A stretch of 64,000 nt of DNA, from the NCBI RefSeq assembly GCF_009914755.1, contig NC_060932.1; one strand, written 5' to 3'. This stretch comes from the human T2T-CHM13v2.0 reference genome, Homo sapiens. Made by a program: the position numbers and the translations under genes. Shown one piece after another: positions 1 through 12,513 of this stretch; positions within the stretch are counted from its first letter, which is position 1; every line of letters begins with the position of its first letter. A model generated the notes under the pieces. That model had not been told where the DNA came from. It was given only the letters and a program-made list of their open reading frames with translations, and did no database searches.

Positions 1-2059
1 CATTTCAGCTTCCTTAAGGGAGTCTCTGTCTCCAGCCTTGCTCTCCTCCAACTCATCTGCACACAGCGGCCAAAGGGATCTTTCTAAAACACTAGTTGAA
101 TCATGTCTATCTCTTGCTTAAAATACTTCATGGCTCCCCACCGTCTTCTGGGGAAAATCAGACTCCCTGGCCCAGAGTCCACGGCTTTGTGAGCTGGGTC
201 CCTCTTTCCTCTGGGGTACCTCTAGTTTTACACGCATGTGCCCTCTGCAAGGAACAGAGAGAAGGGCCTCCTCCTAGTATAGGCCTACTCCTCCTTCAAA
301 CCCAGCTTAGACATCACCTCCAAGAGGCCTTCTCAACAACCCCACCAAGCCTGTGGGGGCCGGCCCCGCATGTGACAGCCAGGGCAAGCCTGTGGGCGCC
401 TTAGGGAAGGTCTGCGGTTCACTCCAGCATCCCAGGTGCAAGGCTCCCAGACACAGAGCTCCACGAAAGGCCTCCTGAATGGACTCCAGAGCTTCCATGG
501 AGGTGCTACTGTCCTTATTTTGACAAGGAAAACAGGAGCTCCGTGCTGTGAAGAACATGCCCAGCTCCTGCAGCTGCTGAGTGAGCATCTATTTGACCCC
601 AGCTCATCAGGATTCTTCTCCTGGGCACGTCCCAGAGATCACAGTGCACCCCCATGGATGGAGGGAAGAAGGGTCACATGCTCCGAAGGGTTCCTCCTGG
701 ACTCAGAGAATGTGTCTTGGACCAGGGAGAGTAGGGACAGTGATCTCCAAATTTCCCTCTCCCTCTATATGAAGAGCAAATAGCTCACTGCTCCTTTGCT
801 CATAAGTCAATGTCCTCATTCTGCTCTAAGCAGGAGGATGCCAGTAGTGATCTGATGTGCCCACTCACCTCCAACACCCCTTCCCTGACACTCCTCTAAT
901 GCTGGCAAGAGGACCTCCAGCCTCTGCACCTGAGGATGGGGAACTCACTACCTAACAAAGCAACTCACCCTAATTTCCATCAAGATCACAGAGTTAGTTA
1001 TCGGCAGGGATAGTGTGAGGATTTAGTGTAACTCCTAATCCAGGACCCCTTCCCCCTGACTTGACTTTGTCCTCTTATTAAGTAACACATTTAGAGAACC
1101 CTGAGATAACAGGGCTACCTGCATGAGGCCTCTGAGTCTTCCATGAGAGACCCCAAAAGGGCCCTGAAGCTGAGAGCTGGATCCAGGACACCCAGGCGCC
1201 ACAAGCCACTTCACAAGAAGGAGAGCAGGGCTGCCTCCCCACTGGGGATGCCCACGTGGAAGGCAGAGCATATCCCAAGGCTGCCACGGGAAAGGCCACA
1301 TCCTCAAAACATCCTGGGCAGGACTTCCACTGCAGGAGCCAGGGGCACCTCTCCAACAGCCCCTGCACTGTTCAAACACCTCCTCGAGGAGGAAGATTGA
1401 AAGCCGAAAAGCAAGGCTCCTCTGGGCAGCCCGAGAGCTGGCTTCTCTAAGGGGCTGGGCCATCAAGGTTGCTCACAAGAGCACAGTGATGTGGAGAAGA
1501 GTCTCTTCCCACACCTGAAGGACTCTTTTAGCCATAGCAGGAGAAGCTGAGTTGGTGGCAGCCATATCGTGGCCCCTCCAAGCCCAGGGAGGACATGGCG
1601 GGTGGGACATTCTAGGGTCCTAAGCACAGTGCAGTGGACAGAGTCAGTATCAAAGACCAACAGTGGTGTGCTCCCCACACTAGAGTCTGTCCCAAGGCTG
1701 AGACTTGCCCAGTGTGATGACAGAGCAGCTGGGACTGGCTCCTCTGCAATGGCAGGGTCACTCTCACTCTCCTGCCTTCCTCGACCTCACTCCACACTTC
1801 CCAAAGCCAAACCACTGTTGAGCTCTCCTCAGCCATCAAAGCCAAACTGCTATTGAGCTCTCCTCAGCCATGTCTCCACCCAAAGGGCAAACATCTTCCC
1901 TTTCCACTAATGTCTTTCCCAGAAAGCTCTAACCAACCAACTGGCCAACATTTCTCTAGCCCCGATCAGGTTTCCGTAATCACCAATCCATCAAAACTTC
2001 TGTGTAAGAGTCACCAAGGCCCTCCACGTCCCCAAATCCAATGGTGACCCAGGTGTCCT

Positions 2060-3215
2060 CATCCTTCCAGACCTCTCTACAGCATACGGCATGGCTATCC
2101 ATTCCCTCTTTTTCAGAACACATTCTTTTGACTCCTAGAATACCGTAATAACAGCATCCAGCACTACTGGGCACTGACAGGGTGCCAGGCAGGTTCCCAG
2201 TGCCTCCTCTCCACCCAGACTCTCCCTAGGAGAATCCTACCCATTCCTCTAGCTTTAAATGCCATAAATACGCTAATGCCCCCAGAATTTACAACCTCAG
2301 TCAAGCACCAGATATGAATGTCTCAAAGGCATCTCGAAATTAACATGCCCAAAATGGAACTCCTGATTTATCTCCCGCCAGGCCTTCGCCATCTCAGAAT
2401 GTTACACCATCACCACCAAGCTGCTCAAGCCAGAAGCCGGTGAGTCATCCTTGAGCTCCTCCATCACCCTCAGGCCACAGACCAGGTATATCACTTCTAC
2501 CTCCGAAATATCTCCAATTTATCCACTTATCTCTCTCCACCTGGCCACCACCCTGGGCTGAGTGGCCATCATCTCTGATCCAGTTATTCTAAAATAACCT
2601 CCTCCCTGGCCTCTCTGCAGTCGTTCTCGCCTCCTCCCTTAATTCTCCACACAGCAGCCAGAGTAATCTTTCTTATCACAGTTTTTCACAATGCACTGCT
2701 TGGCTTCAGAAGCTCCTTTCCAACTGTACTCAGAAGTCCAAACTCCTTGCTGTGGCCTGTGAGGCCCCGAGTGATCTGGCCCCTGCCTGCCTCCCAACCT
2801 CAACCTGTGCATCTCTCTCTGAGCCCCGCTGCCCCAGCCACACCTTTCCCCCCTTTCCCTCCTGCAAACTTCTGCACATGCTATGCCCTCTGCACGTGAT
2901 GCTCTTTCTCCCTTGGTCTGACACCAGGCTCCCCATTCCTCAGGTCTCAGTTTAAATGTCATCTTGCAGATAAACTTTTCCTGGCCAAGCAGATTCCCCC
3001 TCTCTGCCCCTGTTATTCTCTATTTCCACATCCTGCTCATTTCGGCAGCATTATCTAGATGCTTGTCTGTGTGCTTGCTCACCATCTGCCTCCTCCATCA
3101 GACTGTCAGCTCCAAGGGGGCAGAGACCACTGACACTGTATTCTCCAGGGGGTAGCCAGTGTCTAGCATGGTGCCTGGCACAGAGTGGGCACACAACAAA
3201 CAGCTGTTAAAGAAA
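2060..3215 (+). mobile_element. L2 LINE 3' relic
   Basis: L2-type phrases (ctcaaaggcatctcgaaattaacatgcccaaaatggaactc; ttctccacacagcagccagagt; tcaggtctcagtttaaatgtca; gtgcctggcacagagtgggcac). Boundaries approximate. Confidence 0.7.
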
Positions 3216-3221
3216 TAAGCT

Positions 3222-3719
<498 letters not shown>

Positions 3720-3724
3720 CTAGA

Positions 3725-4133
3725 TGTTATGAATGTAGTGTTTGTGTCTCCCCAAAATTCATATGTTAAACCCCTAATCTCCAGCGTGATGGTATTTGGA
3801 GATGGGGCCTTTGGGAGGTGATTAGGGTTAGATGAGGTCATGGCGGTGGGGCCCTCATGACGGGATTAGTGGCCTTATAAGAAGAGGAACAGACAACAGA
3901 TTGATCTCTCTCTTTCTCTCCTCTGCCTCTGCGTGCACACATCAACAAAGACCATACGAGGACGTAACCAGGAAAAAGGCCCTCATCACAGGGCCTTTAT
4001 GGATCAAGGTGCCATCAAGAACCCAGCCAGGATCTCAGATCTCCAGCCTCTGGAACTATGAGAAGTAAATGTTTGCTGTTGAAGCAACCCAGTCTATGAT
4101 ATTCCGTTACAGCAGCCTGTACTGACTAAGATA
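3725..4133 (+). mobile_element. MaLR solo LTR (MLT1A/MST-like)
   Basis: tg..tttgtgtctccccaaaattcatatgtt..ggtatttggagatggggcctttgggaggtgattagg..ccagcctctggaactatgagaagtaaatg..gactaagata. Confidence 0.85.
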
Positions 4134-6128
4134 CCAGGCAAGGAGACAGTCCATGCCAGTGAGTGAAAGCAGAAATACTCAGGGAGCCAGTGTGAACAAT
4201 GCAAGACCAGGGTGGCTGAAAGTGTGTCTGCCCCTGTGTGAACAAACACACGCCCAGTTGTAGGTGAGGCCTCTGGTACAAACAAACTATGCTGGCTTGC
4301 ATTCGGATTCTCCCTGTGTAAGTGACCTGCCACGAATGGGTCACTCCTCCCCAACCACTCAGAGATGCCTGGGTCCTCAAGCACAACTCCACAAGTGGGA
4401 GCCTTAGCCAAACAGGATCCGCATCTCATCCACCTGGGGTGTGAGCCTCTGGAGCCCAGATGCCTTGAGAGAAGCCTGTAAAGTTAAGGTGAAGGCTCTG
4501 TGCAGCCCTGCCAAGCAGTAGCAGCCACAGCAGGGCGAAGCATGAATCCTATCTTGTAAACTAGAGCTCTGATTTGGAGCTTCTCTCTGTGTTTATTTCC
4601 CCAGAGCCTTTAGTAAAGTAATATCCAGTATTCCAGCCTTGTCTCAACATGTCGCGGGAAATTCCAGGGAGGGTCACTCGGGGACCCTTGGCCCAGAGTT
4701 AAAGAGTGAGCAGAGCCCCTACTGAGACCAGCAACAGCAGCCACATGGGATCCCCAAGGGGAAACTGGATCTCAGGGTCTCGGCTCCTTGCAGTTAGGTT
4801 CTTCAGGAAGGGGGTGGCCTTTTCCCCCCGACACTCCTCTGCACAGCTTTGCTCTGGGGCTGGATGTGGCTATTGGACTCTGGGCACTGCTCAAGGCCAG
4901 ATGGGCCCCTGAGCGAGATTTTACTTTTCTGTGACTCATCTCCCCTAAGCAAGGGCTGCTCTGCAATGCCAGCAGGGTTACCCAGGGAAGACCTAGTAGA
5001 ATTGGGATTTCAAGAGAACCTGAGTGAAAAGCTATCTTCTACACAATTGTAGCTACAATGGTAGTGGGGCTCCTCTCCCACCACAGACAAGATTGACAAA
5101 GAGTCCCCTCCTTAGGTTCTAAGTGCCGCAAGGACAAGCTCTACCTACTTCATTAACTCCCCCAATCGAACACAATGCCTGGCCCAAAGTGGATGACCAA
5201 TAAAGAGTAGTGAAATTAATAAAGAAATAGTCCCAGGACCCCCACTCCTCCCGCTATAGATAATCTGCTGGCCCCAGGGAGGACTGGCTGGGTTCCGTGG
5301 AACATCCATGCTGCCCCTCCTATGCCTGTGGCAGGCATCGCTAATCAATCACAGCCCTCTTTGCTACTGAGCCAGGAGCCAGACTCAAAATCCTTCTCTA
5401 GGGAGCCAATCCAAGTTGGTCATCTAGAGAAGGAAGAGGTTCCTATGCTTTGAGAGATCAAGGAACCCTTAGGAAATCTAATGAAGGCAACAAATTTCTT
5501 TCTAGAAAATACACACAAAACTTTCTGTATAATTTCAAGATATTCAAGGACCTCTACTTTAAAGGGAGTGAAGGCTTGGAAGCACCACAGCCCACGTAAC
5601 CCCGTGCAAGTAACCACTTGCTGCCATTTAGAGATGATCTGCTAAAAACATCAGCCAACAGATCCTATGGAAAGCCATTAAGCTGAGGGACAGTCCCAAG
5701 GAGCCAAGAATCAAACCCAGACCTGTCCATCCACACTGCCTGAAGATACTGAACACCCCCCATGCTGGGCAAGAAAGAGAGTGTGTGGAAGGGACTCCTT
5801 CCCACCCCCTGAGGACAGCCTTGAGGGAGGTGAGCCCAACTTCCTCTGCTTCCCAACAAGCCTCTCTGACAAGGGCAGTGTCCACTGCAGGAAAGGGCCC
5901 AGGTTGCCAGGGTAGCTCCAGGCTGGAATCTATTTATACACATCCTCAGCACCCAGAGGTTAAATTACAGCCCAGGAGATGGCACGGAGCCAGCAAGGAG
6001 TTATTTATGTTCTCTTGGCAGACTAAGAGGAACAGGGCATTTCAGAGGACCGCTTCCAAATGAGGCCTGGTAGGGACACAGTTTAGAGAACAACAGAATC
6101 ATCCTCCCACGACCCCCCAACCACCACC

Positions 6129-6130
<2 letters not shown>

Positions 6131-6168
<38 letters not shown>
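6131..6168 (+). repeat. (CA)19 microsatellite
   Basis: Direct read. Confidence 0.95.
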
Positions 6169-6171
<3 letters not shown>

Positions 6172-9100
6172 TGAGCCCATCTTTGCAATGGCTGTAAGCT
6201 GAGAGGGTAAAAACCGAAAGACTGTGTTTTTAAAATGTAGATCTTGGCCCACTGTGGGGGCTGGAATGAATCCAGCCAAATGCCATGGATGCATTCCAAG
6301 AAGTTCTCCAGGCTTTCCAGGCTCCTTATCAGAAGGCTTTTAAAGGAAACGTCTCTCCTGACCTATCCCTAGATGCTCACTTAGCTTAAGTCCACAGCCC
6401 TAAGGCTCGTGCGATATGAACCAGACAAAGGCCAAAGACATAAGCCAAGGTTCCTGAGATGCAACTTCAAAGCCAGGTGGAACTGTCAGTAGAGCCCAAA
6501 GCTTCCACTCCCAGAGGCTCCATCCTCAGCCACTGACCCCAAACTGCTCTGAGTTCAAAGGATGATGGGAGGATTCAGAAGTGCTTCCCAAAACCCCGAG
6601 GCCCAGCAAGCAGATATCCTTGTTTAACCAAGGCATCTTTAAACCCTAGATCAAAGGAACCCTCCAACACTTTATCGCTGGTGACATTTAATAAGACAGC
6701 ATGCAGAGCCTGCTAAATCTCACACGGGTGACGGACAAGGCCTGCCACGCAGTGTGCCACACGGCGAATCGATGTGCTTGCTTTCATGTGGTGCCAGGTG
6801 AGGTCGGCTCTGGAAGAGCTTCCCCCAAGAATCCTCCACCAAGATTCCCCCTGCAGGAGGCCTGGGCATCTCTAGGCCAACTCCCTCAGCAGGAGGAGGG
6901 ACCACAGGGGCCAAGCAGGCCTGGCTGTATCAGGGCCGGGTGCTGTAGCACTGCAGCATGGGCATGCTCCTAGGAGATGCCAAGGGCTGGGGCCTTACTT
7001 CCAGAGTCACAAGCCCAGAGAGGCTTTCCCAGGACACCCATCAAGGCCGGCTTCATTCATTAAAGTACCAGCAAAGGCAGGTTGGGGGTTCTGCAATTCC
7101 TGCTGCAAACACCCTGGCATTGGGCTCTCCCATTTTCAGAATGAAGATTTCCACCTGCGGTCAGAAACCTGGAGGAAGTCAAACCAGGGAAAGGAGGAAG
7201 TGCACCCCTTCCCAGGCACAGTCGAGAGCCATGACCCAGCTTCCTGCTCTCCAGGTGCCCCCTTGAGCCACCTGTCACCTCTGATGCTAACAACGGGCAT
7301 CCATAGGACAACTGAGCACTTTTGTGGATTCTGGGGACAGTGACACTTGGGTTGGCAAGTCAGGCCTGCAAGAGTGTAGAAAGAAGCCACTCCTCTCCTT
7401 CCAGGCCCGGCCCAGGGAAGAGCCTGGTGAGAAGGGCCCTTCAAATACCTGCTCCCACACCATCCACCCTGATGAGGCTGGCTGAGTCATTTCCCCTTAT
7501 ACCAAGAGCTCATCTCTCCAGTAAAATAACCTCTAGTGGAGAGGGCAGGAGCAGAGGGAGAAAGCAGACAGGAAAACTGCTTCAACAGAATCAGAACCAT
7601 AGACTTGTAAGACCTCGGGGTCCCTACAGATGACTTGGTTCAGCATCCTCATTTGATCGATGAAGAGCCCCCCAGGGCATGAGGAGTGAAATAGCCCACT
7701 GAAGACCATGCAGGAGGCCCCAGGCAAGTGAAGAGTAAAGGTAGGTCCCCTGACTCTGGGGCACCACCACAGCAACCTCCATCCATCACCTGCAGTGTCT
7801 GTGCATCTCAGTCTCTGTGGCTCCGGATGCATGTCTCAATGCACCCCGCCCCAAACCTCAACTCTCCATCATGCACAAGGTTCCCTAAAGGGCACTTCTC
7901 CATGCTCGTGCCAGACTCTTCCTAATGCAGGTTCCGCCCTCATTCCTTCCCTACCTCTTCGGGACCACATTGAAATTTGCATGCAGATGGGTGTGTTGGT
8001 GGGAGATAGGGAAAGAGGGATTGGAAGAATGCCCTGCTTCAAGATCAGGAGCTCACCCAGCCACATCCTGGAGCAATCAGAATTTCCTACTCAGGATCCC
8101 AGGCCTCCTAAAGTGAGCCATGTACCTAATTCAATAATCCAGACATAGCACTGCTTGTGGGCCCTGGAGTCTCCATTGTTTAAATTTATTTCCCAGTGCA
8201 AGAAGCTCATCTGCTTGGCTCAGCACACCTCAGAAACTGTCAGCCCTCAGCTCCCAGGATTCCTCAGTCCTGACCCTCCCAATACTTAGCCCTGTTTCAA
8301 CGCCGTTTCTGGTTCCACTGTGTGAAGTGTATCACTTGATTCTCCTGTTTCCTAGCTTCCCCCACCTCCAGAAAAGCAAAAAAAAAAAAGAGAAGGAAAA
8401 AGAAAAAATGCTTCTAGTTCTTTAAACTGACACAGACGTTCTCCAAGCCACAAGTTACCCTGCTCCAAACTCCCCCATCTCAGGGCTGCAGGCCTGGTAG
8501 GAGCTGTCCACTCCATTGTCACATTATCCACCCTTCCTTAAAGCAATACTAATAAAATGGGTGCCCTGTCCCAGCCACTCCTCTACCTGAGATGCCTAGT
8601 TCAGACACCTGAGCAGCTTGATTCCAGGCCCCCTGCAGTCCTCCAGCTTTTGAGCGCACCCAGCCCACTCCTACGCTTGGGTCCTGGGCTTGGATTCATC
8701 CTGGTCTTTTCCAGCCCCTTCAAGGCCCAGTTCCGGTCTGCTCCATCATTCCACGCAGCTGTGTAGGATGCAGCCCCCAAGGTCATTTTAGCATTCAGAA
8801 GAAGCAGCGAATGTGTCTCAAATCATGCTCCCATCTATCCTGTTTGGGGGAGTTATTTGGTCCATCAAGCCTCCCCTTTATCCCAGCATCCAGGAAGCTC
8901 GGAGCTCAAGTTCAGTCACTGTGGCAAATGGCAGCGTGGCCACATCTGCTCCCTCCTCCTCTCTAAGGCTGGCCTTCCTCATTGTGGTATGCATAGTTTC
9001 ATCTTCAATCGCCTCAATCGGTTTGTGTAGGCAATAAGATATATTTTTTTAAGTAAGCAAAAGAGAAAAACCCACCTTCTTCACAGAGCTTTCCCTGAGC

Positions 9101-9336
9101 CCTGCAGCTAGCTCTGGGATCAGGCCCCTCTCCGAACTCCAGGAGAGCTTGGTCTGCAAACCAAACAAAGTACCACTTCCCCTTCAGTGTGCACAGGGCC
9201 CCAGCTCTCCTCCCCATCTCCCATCTCTCTGCGGTCCCTGGCCCTGGCCCTGGTTCCTTCTGAAGAAGGTGGTTTGTGCCCAATGCCTCTACTTCTGCCT
9301 CCCTGCCAGGCCGGGCCCACTGCGGTCCATCTTCCA

Positions 9337-9337
<1 letters not shown>

Positions 9338-9373
<36 letters not shown>

Positions 9374-9450
9374 CATGCACACACATAAACATGCACATGC
9401 ACACAGGCATACACATACACATGCACACATGCGCACACACATATACACAC
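9338..9450 (+). repeat. (CA)17 plus degenerate CA/CATG tract
   Basis: Direct read. Confidence 0.93.
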
Positions 9451-10834
9451 TCTGTGAGACACCACAGCTCAGTCACCTCCTCCCTCTGAAACCCCCTTCC
9501 CTTCCAGTCTCACATCCTACTTCCTTTGCCCCTCCCTTAAGCACTGGTGTTTCCAGTAGATTTCTGCCTCCACCGTTCGCTCCAAGCCTTATCACTTAAA
9601 CACTGAGGATGCCCAAATCTTCAGGCATCTCCAGCCCAGACTCCCTCCTGAGCTCTAGCAACCCCTCCTAGGCCATTTCATTTACTGCTGTGGCTTTAAT
9701 CACCAGCAAAGTACTCAATAACTTCCAAACCCATCTCTTCTTTCCAGCCTCATTACTGAGGTCGAGACCCACAAGTCCAAGTGCCCCCTATGTGTTGCCA
9801 TGAAGGTGGCAATAGTCCCCCAGGCCCCTCAAATGCTGCATGTCCAATACCACCCCCACTGAATGGCTCCATCTCCCCAGAATTACTCAACTAGGAAACA
9901 TGGTAGACATCATTCATTTATCCATTCAACTAACCTTATGGAATGCTCACCAAGTGCCAGGCTCTACATGCAGGACAGGGTGTGGAGTAAACAAAACAGA
10001 AATAGTTCTCGCCACCAGGGTTCTATCTCCAGGTGACTTTCAGCCAGTCACCTAGCCCCATCAAGGCCACTTCCCAATCTCCTCTGAAATAATCCAGTTT
10101 TCTCCACACCCACACTCACTATCTTAGTCTGGAGCACTCAATAATACTGGAAAGAAGCAGTTTAGCTGGAATCCGACTCTGAAATGTATGGTTGTGTGAC
10201 CTTCAGCAAGTTACTTTCTCTGTAACTTGCCAGATGTTTCCTCATTGACAGATAAAGATAATATCACCTACCTCAGTTTTGTCGCAAGGATTAAATGAGA
10301 CAGAAAGCCTCTAGAACAGTGTCCACAACACAACAGGCTATCTATAAACACCTGCACCCACTACAATCCCCATTTCTCCAACAGCCTCCCCCGACTTGCC
10401 TCCCATCACGGCCCACTCTACATGTGCCCAACACCTGCAGCTCCCCAGAGCCCAGGCCCTCTCCCACTTCCACCCTGTGCCATGCTTTTCCAACAGGCTT
10501 CTTCCCTGGCTTTCTCCTCCTTGTTTCCCAAGGCTCAGGTCAAGGCCCCCTCCTCCCCTGGACACCCAGGATATGGCAGATGCCCCTCTCCTGTGCTCTC
10601 TCCTCTGGGAGCCCACAGCCTCATCCCACTGAATTGGGATTACCACTCCCTTTGTCTGTTTCCCCTGTATTCTCAGGGCTTAGGACCAAGAACTGCACAC
10701 AACAGAGTCTCAATAAATACTTAGCAAACAAAAAGGACAAATGTGAGAATTATATAGAGCCAAACTTCAACTTAGTATAACCATGCACCACCACCCGCCC
10801 CTCCCCCTGCAAAAAAAAAAAAAAACTACCTTCC

Positions 10835-11084
10835 TAATAATGAGGCTACACTTGGTAAGCACTTACTATATTCCAGGCTCTGCGCTAAGCTTTGGACCTA
10901 CGTTATGTCATCTAACGTTCACAATAACCCTGTGACGTGGGTATTTTTACTCCTATTTTATAGGTGAAGGGACGGAAGGTCAGGAAAATTTTGTAAACTT
11001 GCTCCAGGTTACACAGCTAATGAGTGGTAAAGACAGGATTCAAAGCTAGGACCGTCCGACTCCAGGACCCATTCCTCACCCTGA
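10835..11084 (-). mobile_element. MIR SINE (left arm of foldback)
   Basis: Reverse complement of the MIR at 11304-11555. Confidence 0.85.
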
Positions 11085-11303
11085 CCCATTCCTCACTCAT
11101 ATGATCATTGAGACTGGATCATATCTCAATACAGAGTGAGCTGGCTCTTCGTTTTATGAGAGCACCTTTCCTGATAGCCACGTGACCTACGTTGGGATAT
11201 TAGGCAGAAACTTTCTTCAGAAGTGGGACTAAATTGTCTAAAGTCCCTTTTATATATATATAAAGCCAGCTCACTCTGTATTCAGGTCTGATCCAGTCTA
11301 GTT

Positions 11304-11555
11304 TCAGGGTGAGGAATGGGTCCTGGAGTCGGACGGTCCTAGCTTTGAATCCTGTCTTTACCACTCATTAGCTATGTAACCTTGAGCAAGTTTACAAAAT
11401 TTTCCTGACCTTCCATCCCTTCACCTATAAAATAGGAGTAAAAATACCCACGTCACAGGGTTATTGTGAACGTTAGATGACATAACGTAGGTCCAAAGCT
11501 TAGCGCAGAGCCTAGAACATAGTAAGTGCTTACCAACATAGTAGCCTCATTATTA
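11304..11555 (+). mobile_element. MIR SINE, near full length (right arm of foldback)
   Basis: Follows the MIR consensus order: ctggagtc..tttgaatcc..ccactcattagctatgtaaccttgagcaagtt..cacctataaaataggag..cagggttattgtga..catagtaagtgct. Confidence 0.85.
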
Positions 11556-11624
11556 GGAAGGTAGTTTTGGGGGGTATGCATGGTTATACTGAGCTGAAAT
11601 TTAGCTCTATATAATATATGTAAG

Positions 11625-11692
11625 TATATATATGTGTATATATGTGTGTGTGTGTGTATACACACACACACACACACACACGCACATATATA
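11625..11692. repeat. TA/(TG)7-TATA-(CA)10 compound microsatellite
   Basis: Direct read; occupies the tail position of the adjacent Alu monomer. Confidence 0.92.
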
Positions 11693-11810
11693 GGTAGAGA
11701 CTGAGTTTTGCTATGTTGCCCAGGATGGTCTCAAACTCCTGGCCTCAAGTGATCCTCCTGCCTCAGCCTCCTGAGTCGCTGGGATTACAGGCATGAGCCA
11801 CTGCACCCAA
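11693..11810 (-). mobile_element. Alu left monomer (FLAM/AluJ-like)
   Basis: gtagaga..ttgctatgttgcccaggatggtctcaaactcctggcctcaagtgatcc..gggattacaggcatgagccactgcaccca. Confidence 0.9.
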
Positions 11811-12158
11811 AGGTCTCTCATTCCAAGACTCAAGGAGTCTGTGGTTTTAAATTATAAGCTCCTTGGGTTGTTCATTTTGGTTTCCCCAGCTGAGCACAAA
11901 GTAAGCAAATGATAAACCTGTTCTGAGTGAATGAATGAACAAATGAATGAATAAAGAAGTAGATGGATGGATGAATGGATGAATGAAATGGAAAATTCAT
12001 TTTGCACATGTCCAAGTCAGTTTTACCCTTTTTGACACCCTTTCTGCTGGACTCAGGGTCATAATTCGATGCACCCAAGGAATGCAGAGAAAGGAAAACA
12101 CAGCCTGGCAATGCAAGCGCCCTCCTGCCAGCACCACCGGGGCTGCCGCGGCACTCAC

Positions 12159-12513
12159 CGACACAGGTGGTCAGTCCGGCACACGCCACGCAGGTCCAGG
12201 CAGTTGGGCTTCTCCTTGTCCTCATAGGAGCAGCTGGGCAGGATGGTTTGCCGGCGGCGCTCAGCGCACGCCTGGTCTTGGCAGGAGCAGAAGAGCATGC
12301 GGTAGGTGTACTCGCTGGGCACCCGGTCGAAGAACTGGCGCAGGGCCTTGTGGCACTTGCGGCGGTTGCAGCGCTCGGTGGGCGAGATCTCGCGGTTGCA
12401 GATGGAGATGTAGGAGGAGCGCAGCTTCTTGCAGTTGTCATTCAGGTTGCAGGCCTTGGCAGCATCCAGGCAATGGTTGCTCTTGGCGCTGACCACCGGG
12501 TCTGCCCCTGTCC
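12159..12513 (-). CDS. GFRA2: GFRA2 coding exon 4 (Cys-rich GFRalpha domain 2, ligand-binding), 355 nt
   Basis: Acceptor TTCCTCCTCCAG|GG, donor TGT CG|GTGAGT. Translates [39 protein letters not shown]...[47 protein letters not shown](R), with the family MLF and RRR motifs. Confidence 0.97.

Larger units (their letters stand above)
10749..11615. repeat. Long near-perfect inverted repeat (MIR-containing foldback)
   Basis: 10822-11084 is the reverse complement of 11304-11568 (5 substitutions + one small indel). Further paired segments are 10749-10787/11577-11615 and 11111-11146/11264-11299. Spacer 11147-11263. Confidence 0.97.

Noticed and set aside
10749-11615. Foldback as a MITE/DNA transposon with long terminal inverted repeats
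   Set aside because: The arms are MIR plus flanking unique sequence, and I see no target-site duplication or transposon-type termini.
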